A DNA stretch of 64,000 bases from Laetmonice hystrix (taxonomy: Eukaryota). The stretch lies in the NCBI GenBank assembly GCA_965235115.1, contig OZ249440.1, positions 8,928,001 to 8,992,000 on the forward strand, in the 5' to 3' direction. This document shows positions 1 through 11,114 of this stretch, piece by piece. The notes under the pieces were generated by a model. That model ran no database searches. It was not told where the DNA came from and saw only the letters and a list, made by a program, of their open reading frames with translations. Numbering within the stretch: position 1 is the first letter of the stretch; each line of letters begins with the position of its first letter. A program made the position numbers and the translations under genes.

Positions 1-56
1 CCTCATCACTATTAGAAACTATGTCTTTATCATGCTCTGAGTCTGATTTTGTTTAC

Positions 57-272
57 CGTAAAAGTTATTGATATTTGGCAGTAGGGCCTGTATTTGGGTG
101 TTGTGGTCTCGCCACACACAACACAATCTTCATTTGGCCGTTTCCTGGGGGTATTCAGTTCTGTCATTGCTGACATTTCCGACCTCGGCGTTTGTGAACA
201 TGGAAGGGATTTCCCAATGCTAGAAATAGCTTTCCAAATAAGGAGCGCTTCAGTGGCCAAACCTTCATAGCC
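57..272 (-). CDS. Candidate internal coding exon (216 nt, phase 0-0) of an unidentified minus-strand gene; GYEGLATEALLIWKAISSIG...RKRPNEDCVVCGETTTPKYRPYCQISITFT
   Basis: Minus-strand acceptor ctttctccgctAG at 273-274 and donor ACG|GTAAAC at 55-56; length divisible by 3, stop-free, contains a CxxCG motif; joins in frame with the 691-761 exon. Confidence 0.6.
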
Positions 273-690
273 CTAGCGGAGAAAGTCGGAACCAAACTAC
301 ATGTGTGTCAGTTTTTAGTTCCTCCTAAACTGGAGAGCAGTCGTGCTGTGATTGGTCAGGCCTAGGTCAAGCCCAGTGACGCCAAAATTACCAGACGCTA
401 TGGCGGTATCCACCAGCTGAGCAGGCTCTAAACAGGCTCCGGCACTAAAGTGCTTATATCTTAACTATTTGAGCACCAATTGTGCTCAAATCTTTTCTAA
501 CTTGCTTAGAATGTCACGACCTGTGTGTCTGGCCTGTACAAACTGGGAACAGAGTTTTCTTTTAAGCTCAGACTAAATCCAAAAAATGAAGCTGAAAACG
601 TACAAAACTGAATAATAAGTGGAAGCCTTCACATAATTACAGAAATGATATCAACCGTGTGGCACTAGATGAGTCCTCCTGATAGATTAC

Positions 691-761
691 CGTAAAGATT
701 TTGTTTGCCTTGCAGGAATAAACAGGAGCCAGATTGGGGGCAATAAAATACTTGTCAATAT
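691..761 (-). CDS. Candidate coding exon (71 nt, phase 1-0) of the same minus-strand gene; xIDKYFIAPNLAPVYSCKANKIFT
   Basis: Acceptor ctttcggatcctacAG (762-763), donor ACG|GTAATC; phase-0 end matches the phase-0 start of the 57-272 exon across a 418-nt intron. Confidence 0.5.
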
Positions 762-1732
762 CTGTAGGATCCGAAAGTTTAAGGAGAGACTCACGAGAAA
801 CACTACACGTCATCAATGACGTCATCAATGGACATGAGTTCAGTTCATACGATTATGATCATGATATCTCGAAAACTGACCATGAAACCGTGATCCCAAT
901 ATACCCGCACAAGTCACACATATGCATTAGGCATGTTTATGGTGGTTTGATATTTTCACACGCTGATGGGTCGTTTGATGATTTGTTTGTGTGCATTTTC
1001 CTATTCTATTAATGTTTTCGATGTTGTTAATGTCTTAATGTTTGAATATGATGTTTGTGGGGTAGACTCTATACTTTTTGTTGCTTACGTTCGCATATTA
1101 TTTTGAAACACCATGTAAAAAGTGTGACGCTTGGAATTCTTCGAGTAAGGTCTGTTACTTTGCTTTCAAGTACTGCAGCAGATTTGGGGCTTTGGATGGT
1201 GAGTGGGTTGAGGTTTGACCCATACACATTGATTCTTTCCCCGCTTTTCTTTTGAGATTTGGATGTAGCATTTTTGTGATTTGCTGATTTGTGTCCATTT
1301 TTAGTTGTTTGGTGGTTTGTTGCTTACTGGATGGTTTAGTTTAAGTTTAGTCCAAGTTTTAACCTGTTTGATCTCTTGAGTTTCTTCAGAGCTTATGAAA
1401 TCGGCAAATATTGCCGGATGACATTTAGGTTTAGTACAATGACTTTTAAAACACTGATGTATTGCTTAAATGCGAAACATGCATGGAAAAGCCAATGCGT
1501 ATTATATTTTCCATCACACCCAGGCGAGTTGGTGGTATAAAGACACTGCAGCAAAGGCTTCAGAATAAAACAAAGAAACAAAATAAAATAAACAAAAAAC
1601 CTGTAAAATGGTAAAACGATGTCACCAAACAAAACTGTAAACAGTAATTAACAGCCTACTGACGTGAAGTCATGGATCAAATCCAACTGGTGGCAGGGTA
1701 GTGGTCGTCGAACCACGTGTATTTCATAACAA

Positions 1733-1911
1733 CAGGGGCGGATATAGGGTCTATATTCGGGGGGGGGGGGGGGGTCCAGCATAAAAAAGGCAAATCGAGG
1801 GGGGGGTCCGTTGTAAAAATGCACTTTTGGTTGTAAAAATATGGCATTTTACTTATAAAAAGGGAAATTTAAGGGGGGGGCGGACGTCGCCGCCCCCTGG
1901 ATCCGCCACTG
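1733..1911. mobile_element. MITE with CAG-starting imperfect TIRs (hAT-like ends)
   Basis: Left caggggcggatataggg versus reverse complement of the right end cagtggcggatccaggg (14/17); internal poly-G tracts; no clean TSD. Confidence 0.55.
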
Positions 1912-2598
1912 TATAATATTAGATCCGGTAGGCGGCATATAGTACGAAGAAGTCGGCAGTGAGCGGGAAAGATGCAAGTCTGCCTGCTTGTCTTGAAATC
2001 ACGGCCAGGTTTTGCACGCTGAAAACGGTATCAATGAACGACAGCGCCATCTACTGAGAGAAGGCGGCAGGCCCGGAACGAATGTCTTAATCGTCATTTA
2101 TTTCAACTATTTCATTCAGAAATCGAATTGTACCAATTTTAACCCCAACCCTACAATTACATAGGCCTAATTTAAATTTCTAACTCTAACAGTAGGCCCC
2201 TACAAAAAGTCCACTGAAAACCATACAATTTCTAGATCTCATTTCCCGATTAATTCAAGGACTGTTTTATGTAGACGCCATGAAGATGGCCATCGAAGCC
2301 AAGACGGGGTAAAGCCACCATTACTCGCTCAAACTTCAAGTATAGGCCTATTATACATCATTTTCCACACAAAGAAACTTTGAAATGTACTTGTCTCTGA
2401 AAGATCTAGGCCTATTATAAACTAATAAACCTGTGTCTAAAAACGGGCCGAATTCCGTCCTTTCCATGCAAAGTTCTAGGTCAGTGGTTCAATAAATATA
2501 GGTTAAATCACTTTCACTAGGCCCTTATCGAGGAGCTCCCATATAGGCCTATAGGCATATAGGGCACCTCTTAATCAATTTGCTGACCGTTCAATTTA

Positions 2599-3084
2599 AG
2601 TGCGGATCCGGGGGTGCACTGAATGCACGTGCATCCCGTGGGGGCCCCCTTGAGCCGCAATTTTTTTAATAAGTAGCAGGGTGTCAAGTGCCAATGACCC
2701 TCAAAAAATAGGAAAACAGGAATTTGCTGCCAAAAAATAGGAATAAAATAGGAATATCAAACAGAAATATGGAAAATAGGAATTTTTTGAGCAGTCACTA
2801 TCGACTTAGATAAACATGTAATCTTTTTTGACTAATTTCTTGAAATTCTAAAGCTTAGGTTCCTGTAGAAAATGTCCGGCGACGAGGTGGTCTTCACTTT
2901 GGTACCATTTATGGAAATTCACGCAATTTTACGGTTTTTAAAATGTACAAAAGACATGTGTAGAAATATTTTAGGGATACTGCCCAAAAATAGGAAAAAA
3001 ATAGGAATTTTACTAAAAAAAATACTCATATGTGTAGGCAAACCCCCCCCCCCCCCCTCCCCCGAGCACCTGGATTCGGCCCTG
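2599..3084. mobile_element. Probable nested MITE remnants (gcggatcc/ggattcggccctg-type ends around an aaaaataggaa-rich core)
   Basis: Ends resemble those of the 1733-1911 element; the motif aaaaataggaa recurs about six times internally; boundaries uncertain. Confidence 0.35.
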
Positions 3085-3857
3085 TAAGCCTATAGGCTAT
3101 ATATCGCACGGGAACTTGGGCAAGGCGCTGCGGCATAGGGGCCTATGCCTATGGGAAATGAGGACACCGCTTGCCGGGGGGGGGGGGGGGAGGGGAGGGG
3201 GGGGGGGTCAGTGGGGGTGAGTCGTGGGTCAGTTGATGTTTTTTCCAAAATAAAAGAATGCAGTTATCTTCTTATTTTTATTGACTCTCATAATTAGTCT
3301 GCTTTTTATTTATTCACGTGTTTTTAATGATGTTACAACTTACCCTGCCTGGAACAGATAATTTTCTCAAACGAATTTTCAAGAAAATGTTACAACCAGG
3401 CCCAGTCTCCTGCCACGTACTTAGACGGTTAGGCCGTTTCCAGACCCCCTAGCTTTTATTATTTTTTTTACAACTGCACAAGACATGGCTGGAATAGTCT
3501 ATAGCCTAGCCTATGCACTTCCCCTCCCCCCCCCCCCCCCCCCCTTTACCGCTAACTGTACAGCTACAGGCTAAATTATACTTCCCCATCGCCAGCCCCC
3601 CACCCCGGCCCAAGGCTAGCCAGCTACGGGCACGGCTACACCGGTCCGAGGCGGTAGTCTGAGAGAGAGACAGTCCTATAATTTTGACTACACTACAGTT
3701 ACGCTTACACTTAATGAATTCCAGGCCTAGATTCGAGCCTGACGCACATTTATCAGAGATATGTAAAACATTGTAATATTTTATCCGGATAAATAAAGAC
3801 TTCCTTGTACCCCTCATCTTCCTGCTGGTGTCGATCGTCGAGGCCGTTCAAACTTAC

Positions 3858-3922
3858 GGAAGTAGTGGGTGTCGCAGAACAAGTTGCCGCCAGAATGTTT
3901 GCGCGCGTCGTCGCATAGTGAG
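3858..3922 (-). CDS. Candidate coding exon (65 nt, phase 2-1); SLCDDARKHSGGNLFCDTHYF
   Basis: Acceptor cctttctctctctctcAG (3923-3924) and strong donor CC|GTAAGT; the phase-1 end is compatible with the 691-761 exon. Confidence 0.45.
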
Positions 3923-4089
3923 CTGAGAGAGAGAGAAAGGCAGCACACATACGACTGAGCATACATAGCATGGTATGGCATACAAACCCGGAGACCTACA
4001 TACTTAGGGAAGCAGTAAATTGGAGCGCGCCACGTGAATAGTGAACGTCCTAAGTGTACGTAGAGAAAGAAAGAGGAACGGGCGAGTAC

Positions 4090-4115
4090 CACGAAGACTT
4101 GTCTTTGGATACCAC
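4090..4115 (-). CDS. Candidate 26-nt exon (VVSKDKSS + C across the junction)
   Basis: Strong acceptor tgtattttcctctactcAG (4116-4117); weak donor TG|GTACTC; splicing to 3922 creates a C-x2-C-x12-C-x2-H motif. Confidence 0.3.
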
Positions 4116-5029
4116 CTGAGTAGAGGAAAATACACCAGTAAGTTGAAACAGTAGGTGTGCGAGCAAGCACGTGTAACATGTAAAAATGTCCGAATGTCCC
4201 CTAACTCGCCAGCCGGACAAACCAGTTGAGAGTGGCTTCATCGAACGCGAAGCTGTGGTTTCAGAACTAGCCCAGGCAGGATACTAGATCTGCAATACGT
4301 CAGCTATCCTGTGTCCTGAAAGAACAAAACCAGCCAAACTGAAATACGGCCGCCACTGCTGCTGTGCTGACTCCCGTGGTTTAAAACGAAACCCACGGCC
4401 GACAAAAGGCCGACCTAACCGTTCTCTCCGAGGCGATATTGTACTAATAAAGACAGTAGACCTAGATGAATTAGTACGTAGATGACACTTGGACAGTTGT
4501 TTAATCACAGTTATATTGATGGGACATATACTAAGGTACGGCCAGATATTTTAAGATGGGAATAACAGCGAGGGTACGGGTTTCCGTGGCGGGGACTGCA
4601 CGGCCACATGCCGCAGCGTGCAAAGCTTTCGCTGACCGAAAAGCCAGTGCCAAACTACGGGATTTTTTTGGTTATTGGGTTCCACAACAGTTTAAAAAGA
4701 ATGTATGTTATGAATGACTTACATGTGGACCCTGAAGCCACTCCAAACTAAAATATGATTAATGTTTATATTGATGATGTGGATTGAGGAATTAACGCAG
4801 TGAACAGGCTGTGTCGGTGTCTCTGCCAGCTAACAATGGGTCCACATCAGATGGTGATATTTGCTGTGCCTCCTGGAAAAATGCACTTCGGAAAGGGCTG
4901 TATTTCTGCCCTCCCCGAGAATATGTCGATGGAAGGTGTGTGTTTTATAATAGCCTACACATTTGTGGTGTACATGAGGTTGTGTAATGGTGACTGTCCA
5001 CGAATCTGTGGACGTTGGACTGGCTGAAA

Positions 5030-5110
5030 ACTGAAGAGATCGCACACTCGGACCCCAATATGGCGGCAAACGTGACCTAGTTAGCAGATGACATGTGACG
5101 TCGACAGGTC
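5030..5110 (+). promoter_or_regulatory. Putative TSS region / first non-coding exon with YY1 motif
   Basis: AATATGGCGGC (5057-5067) matches the YY1 consensus AANATGGCGGC; CpG-containing context; possible donor CAG|GTCAGC at 5107/5108. Confidence 0.35.
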
Positions 5111-5866
5111 AGCCCAAAATGGGTGCATGGAGGGGCCCCTATTTTATTTGTTAGTTTGCATTAAGATAAACTACTGACAAGATGCCTGCACGGAGTGGGA
5201 ATATATGATCTGTAAGAGATTAAATGCTCTGTTGAAATGTAGGTCACAAAGTGTATTGCTGAAGTCTGTACTGTAGTGCTCTGACAAAACACATGGCAGC
5301 CAGTGTTGGTGTGGAGACCTGTTCAAGTTGTGTAAACAGTACGTCTCTTCAAAGTCTGGCTCAGTGGCGTTATGGCACGACTCAACTCAAGTCCAAAACA
5401 AACAACTTGGCCAGATAGTTCATGAAAACTGGACGCATCAATACTGAATGCTTAGACACCTACAAACTTAGTGGAAATAAAGAAAGTGTGTGGGTGCTTT
5501 GTAGGCCTGTACTGTAGGTCTATTCTTCTAAGATGTGGGAAGGATTTTTTTGTTGGGGGGGGGGGGATTTGTTTTCAATGAAGAAGCCTAGATTGTCATG
5601 GCACATGTTAGTTGTGGTCCCCCTAAAAAATGGCAGGACTCATTCTTCTTAGACCAAAATAATTATTCTTATCAATGGATTACTTCTAGACAGGAGTCAG
5701 TTTTCATGGCAGCCTGTTCAGGGGTTGAAAAATCCAATAGTCGGACACCCGGAATGAGTGGTTTTCATTCCATTCCAGCAAAGATGGCATAAGACAGACT
5801 GCACTAGTTAGGTATTATTTACCTCCACCTAATGATGTCTCCCAGATATTTTCAGGGATGAGATTT

Positions 5867-6250
5867 CAGGCCTCGAATTACACGACGGCATCGACGGCAA
5901 TTGCCGTCGTGCCCCTTCCATTTGCCGTGATGCCCTCCTATTTTTTGCCCCATCGACGGCAGTCCAGTGCCGTGGTGCCCTTTTCCCTTGCTGTGATGTG
6001 CCCATCAGCCATCCCCGAATCATTCCTGACATCGATCCCCTAGTGATCACCAACAGGCAACACCACTAACCTAAAGTGTGAAGATTCCTTGTTTTACTGT
6101 TAAGCCAGACAAGGGAGATTTGGTTTTGGAGAAGTAAATTTGCCGTGGTGCCCTTCTAAACTTGTTGAAAATGCCGTGGTGCCCTCCTTTAAACAAGGCC
6201 CTCGACGGCAATTTTTGCCGTGCCCCTTTTAACTTCTAATTCGAGGCCTG
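5867..6250. mobile_element. 384-bp non-autonomous DNA transposon (MITE)
   Basis: Perfect 14-bp TIR caggcctcgaatta / taattcgaggcctg; flanked by agattt on both sides; about seven internal tgccgt(c/g)gtgccc-like subterminal motifs. Confidence 0.85.
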
Positions 6251-7194
6251 AGATTTGTCTGCCGATTGGCAGATTAAGACCATTTTCTCAACCAAAAGCA
6301 TCATCTCTGACTAGTGTACAGTTCGGTTGTATTTAGTTTTTTCTCTTCTTTTCATTGTTAATGGGCATGCAAGAAACCCTGGATGCTTCAGTTTCCTGGT
6401 TTAATAGTCTTGGAAACAAATTGGGAAAAAAGTGACGATATAGGTGGCGCTGCATTATGAAAGATAAAACAAGCGGTCAGCCCATGATATGTTGACTTAA
6501 TCATATCAGTGTATACTTTCATTGATAAGCTAAAGCTAATGATATAAGTCTAGCTGCATTGTCGAGCCAGAGCGTTCAAACTTCAACTGCTTGTTGTACA
6601 AAGTGAATGTTTACATTCAGAAGTAGTTATACCTGTAGTTTTCTTTTTTGTAAGTAAAGAGTTTTGTCATATTGAAAAAAATTATAGGCCCATTCCTGTT
6701 CAATCTAATTATTCATTTTATAATTTCCCCTTATTTTTTTCTCAGTATAGGGCCTCGTCAGACAAAATATTTAAAGCTGAAAAGTCACTGTGTTAAATTA
6801 GTTAGGTTGACGGATTATTCCTTCCATCCCGCAGCTATATTAAAATTATCAGGACCTTTGACTTGCCCAGGGTGTCAGTAAAGAGAGTCCTGAATGAAAA
6901 TTGACTCAAGTCTGATGTCCTGTTTCATGTTTGGTACCAGATTAACTTAGCATCACATCAAAGAATATTACAAATTTCTGACTAAATGTTATACTTGGTT
7001 TTCCTGTCAGTCGCATGATTTGGCTTCCAGGTTTCTTACCGTTGTTTTTCACTTTCTTGCAGAGTAGACTTCATTCAGTGGACATACGTCAAAAGCAGCC
7101 ACTTGGACGTGCATACCAGTGGAGTATTCCTAGCAATCTGACACATTGGAGTGTTTTATTTCAAGTAGTGTAATTCAAACAAAACACACACACA

Positions 7195-7383
7195 ATGTCA
7201 AAGCCACGTTATAACAAACGTAAGAATCCGGATTATGACTCGGATTCGGATTATAAGAAGGGCAAGTATGGTGGTGGAGGAGGCGGCGGCGGCGGAGGAG
7301 GTCGAGACCGTGGAGGGGAGTACAAGAATCCATGGGAGGAGGAGGACGAGAGCAAATATGTCATCCCAGAAGAAATGAGAGGG
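7195..7383 (+). CDS. First coding exon of an unidentified protein with basic/acidic and poly-Gly N-terminus (MSKPRYNKRKNPDYDSDSDYKKGKYG11RDRGGEYKNPWEEEDESKYVIPEEMRG)
   Basis: Acceptor ttgtttttcactttcttgcAG at 7061-7062 (exon 7063-7383), ATG with A at -3, protein-like composition, consensus donor GGG|GTAAGT (phase 0). Confidence 0.75.
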
Positions 7384-7394
7384 GTAAGTGTTAA

Positions 7395-9403
7395 CCCTTA
7401 ATCTGCGGGGACCGAGTATACTCGTTTTTTTTTCACATTGTGACGTCGCCGGGGACCGACTATACTCGTTTTTAAAGGATCAATGCATGGACAACATGTA
7501 CAATCAATTTACCATGTAATTTATGGATAAATTACATGGTAAAACAAATGAATAACCTTGCCTGCTTCATACTTCGTTCGGGGCTTCCCCCACTAAGAAC
7601 CTGTCGCCGCCATTTTGTTTTGAATACACCTGAATCTCACTCACATGAGACTGGATTTTTTTCCTTTTCACTTTTCGTCCAGCCTCTGAGGCACCCTATG
7701 CACTACACAGATTTATATTCCCATCAAAGTAATGTAATATTTTTATCATCTTGTGTGTTAAAAACACAGATAAACATTTCACCAAAGTTACATGAGGTGT
7801 AGCCGGGTCCCCAGCTCTATATTAACTTCGTATATAGCCTCGATCCCATGACCCTTTGCGCGCAGAGCTTGCACATAGGGCCACGCAGTGGCCACCATTA
7901 TGGATGGGGCTGGCCGAGTGTTGCCATGCAGATCGGCGGGGGCGCGTGATGGGCCGACCTCTGACCATGGCAACTAGGCCAAGTTTTTTCCACTTTTGAG
8001 GGTAGAAGCTTAGAAGATCCTATATATTTACATCTAATATCGCGTTATTATATTTAGAAATAAGGACTTTAGACTTTAGGCCTAGTTTAGTCGTTAGGCT
8101 AGAGGAGGCGCATGCGCAAACCACCAGTTGCGCTTGCTGCCACCTGGCGACTAAAGAGAGTACTACTTGCTGTCTGTCAGCCCCTGTGATAACGGGGCGG
8201 GTGTTCGGCCTACTTCGTATATAGAGCCTGGCGTAGGCCAATCGAAGCAAGCGTTGTGATTGGCCCATCGAAAACATGGACGCAAACGAGGTATAGTTCC
8301 GTACCCCCCGTATTTCTCCAACAAGACACAAATATTTTCGTCAATCCCTTTAAAATACAAGTGTTAAATGTCCTCGCTTTTCTGGATGTAAACATAGCAT
8401 CACCAGTCCCCACACCTGCAACGGTCTGCATACGCAGTCGCATGTTGGCCACTCCCGGCCACGCTCCAAGCAGAAGTCGATCACTCTGTTAACGCCGGAG
8501 GCGGAAGTGATTAGCTCCGAGGCGGAAGTGCTTGGAGACCACCACTTCCGTTTTACAGCTTTCTGTTAGCCATCACCGGGCCTAACATCAAGCGGATGCG
8601 TATGGTAGGCGCGGGGACCAGGCTACATGAGGTGTTGCTCCACGTGAGCTGGCTGGTTGGTCCCCTGGCCTCATTGGAGTGAGGCAGGGGACCAGCTAGG
8701 TGAGCTGGGAGCATGTGCTCAGATGAAACTTTGCATTCCTTCCAAATTTCTTTTCTATCTACATTTTCGCCATATTATTTTTAGATTGTAAATGGTATAA
8801 AGGGCCAACATTAGAAAATCGTGGAGTAGAACAAAACAGAACAAGACAAATTGACCCATCACATGACGTTGGCTGCACTGACCTAATTTTTACCGTTGAC
8901 AGCCAGCTGGCAGTGTCGGAGCGTTGACGGAGCCTCTTTGAAGTTCAATGGATTTTATCCACATCTGAAGCTTATTTACTTATTTGGAGACAGGGGTAGT
9001 GCTCTAAACATCATAGGTTATTGATTGTGGTAGGAATTTAGATATGTTCATTAGGGGATTTGTATTTTCTACAAGTTGATTTGTTAGCAATATTTTTGTT
9101 TGAAGCCACGGTTGAAGTTGTGTCACTTGATGTAAACAGTGAGGCCAAATTTTTTTATTTTTTATGTGATTTTTACCTGCCACTTGGTTACCATGGCAAC
9201 GGGGGGATACATACCTGTGAAAATGTTCTCAGGGTATACCTCAAGTGATATCCTTTTCAAAACATATATGGTTTCAAGGGCTGTTTTAATTATTTAGGAC
9301 ACTACGAATGTACACATAAAATCATGTCATAAGCACTAATTTTCCTAAATAAAGCCAGTTCCTGAATACTGACCTATATAAAGTGAATTCAGCAGTGTAA
9401 GGG
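7395..9403. mobile_element. Non-autonomous piggyBac-type element (~2.0 kb including a nested insertion)
   Basis: TTAA at 7391-7394 and 9404-9407; CCC...GGG ends; TIR cccttaatctgc versus cccttacactgc (10/12); direct subterminal repeat cggggaccga(g/c)tatactcgttttt at ~7406 and ~7450. Confidence 0.7.
7800..8625. mobile_element. Non-autonomous DNA transposon with TAG-starting TIRs and 9-bp TSD (AcademH-like or MULE-like)
   Basis: TIR tagccgggtcccc versus tagcctggtcccc (12/13); exact 9-bp duplication catgaggtg at 7791-7799 and 8626-8634. Confidence 0.8.
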
Positions 9404-10755
9404 TTAAAATGTAAACAAAGGCAGTTTGAGTTTAGGACATTCTTGCTGGGACAAAGCTTGTTTATTGTAATCGGGTATTAAATTTAGTGTTTTCGCCAGA
9501 AAATTTTAACAGCATCGTGACCAATGGCCACCCGTAATAGACCAGTTTCAGAGGCAGTGAAATCAGCAGGGTCCAACGATATGAGCCTATTCATTGAAGA
9601 ATTCCCATGCAGTTAAGATTATTGCTCTGGCTGGATAATGAACAACTTGAAACCGTATTTAACTGGTAAAAATATATGGCATGGTAACTGGTTAAAGAAA
9701 TTGTCGTTTCTGTGATGGTTGATTGTGATGTCTGATATTGACCAAAAATGTCTGATATCTGGCTGCTCAATGTCAGACAATGTCTCTCAAGACTTTTCGG
9801 GAGCACTCCACAATATCCTACCATCAATGTCAGGTCCACGATGACCAAACTCGTCTTTCAACAGTGAAACTCTTATGTAGTACACATGTATAGTGTAGCT
9901 CTAACAGAGGACAATTGTGGCAGTGGTTAGTCTTGAAAACATTATCCATGGGGTCTAGCCTGAGGAGGGGCCCCACGGCTACGCAATGACACCTGACTGG
10001 GCCCGGACATCGGGTCGGTCATCTTCAACATCTCAAGATAAAAGACACGATGATCAGGTCGGGCAGAGACACAGGTCTGACTAGGCCTGATGACACCGGG
10101 CCCCACATACCGACGGGTCGGATGGAATCGGCTATGTGGGGCCGGGCCTTAGACACTTAGTGTGCGTGTCACTATCAGCATAAATTCACAGATGTTCTAG
10201 CAAAATACACAGACTGGCCAGAGGAAAAAAATTGTAAAAACATCAAATACAAACAAATTATAATTGTACATGATAATGCAGCATACCCCACCCTCGGCAT
10301 CCTTGACCAGATCGATCACGGCCCAACTCTGTCAGGACTAATTTTGAACCAATGCACACAGCATGGGGTGCAGGAATGTGTCTGAGTGGGAGCGGCCCCT
10401 GTGAAATACTGGGGCATAATATACTCCCCTACCTTTGACGGGCAGACTCTATAGCCCCAATTATGCGTGCAGATAAATTTACTGAAAGATCTGTAATTAT
10501 ATCAGGGTATGAGAGTGTTAGCAATCCTTGACCTATAGGCAGTGTTGGGAAGCATAAATTCATGAATGTCTTCTAAGTATTAAGTCATACTTGTCCTATG
10601 AATACATTTAAATCAAATATTTTAAATAATTTTAAATTATGTTCGGGTTGGACAGAACAGTATCCACAAAACATGACTGAATTTGTTGTCTCAAGTGTTC
10701 TTTATTTTTTGGGGGAAATTGAACCTCCTCGTGTACATGGCTCGCAATGTTGCTA

Positions 10756-10930
10756 CAGTCAAACCTCGTTTATCCGAACAGCTTGGTGCCCATTAAAATG
10801 TGTTCGGATTGTGAAATATACGGATTACCGAATCATTTTAAATAGAAAATGGTAGAAGAGGTTGCCAGAAAGGGTTTTTGGATTGTGAGGTATCCGGATT
10901 ACAGAAGCACGGATTAACGAGGTCTGACTG
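10756..10930. mobile_element. 175-bp Tc1/mariner-pogo (Tigger-like) MITE
   Basis: TA TSD at 10754-10755 and 10931-10932; TIR cagtcaaacctcgtttatccg versus cagtcagacctcgttaatccg (19/21). Confidence 0.85.
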
Positions 10931-11114
10931 TATGTTAAATGTTTTTTGTCGGACAACCCAACTTTTCATTAAAATAACTTGGCAGAACCGTTGTCTATTG
11001 ACTTCCAAGTTTTCTAGACAAATTTATAAGGTTCCAAACCTGAAATGCTTCAAAGCTAGAACACGTAGTTCAGGACCAGTACGCAAACTTAAAAATTGTA
11101 TTTACCGTATATGT

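Noticed and set aside
57-272. Similarity of RKRPNEDCVVCGE to the MOCS3/MoeB C-terminal Zn site or to an RPA70-type OB Zn ribbon
   Set aside because: Only a few residues match; a true orthologue would be far more conserved, so no gene symbol was assigned.
467-491. Perfect hairpin atttgagcac-caatt-gtgctcaaat as a Helitron 3' end or terminator
   Set aside because: No CTRR terminus at a suitable distance; lies in a putative intron; no further support.
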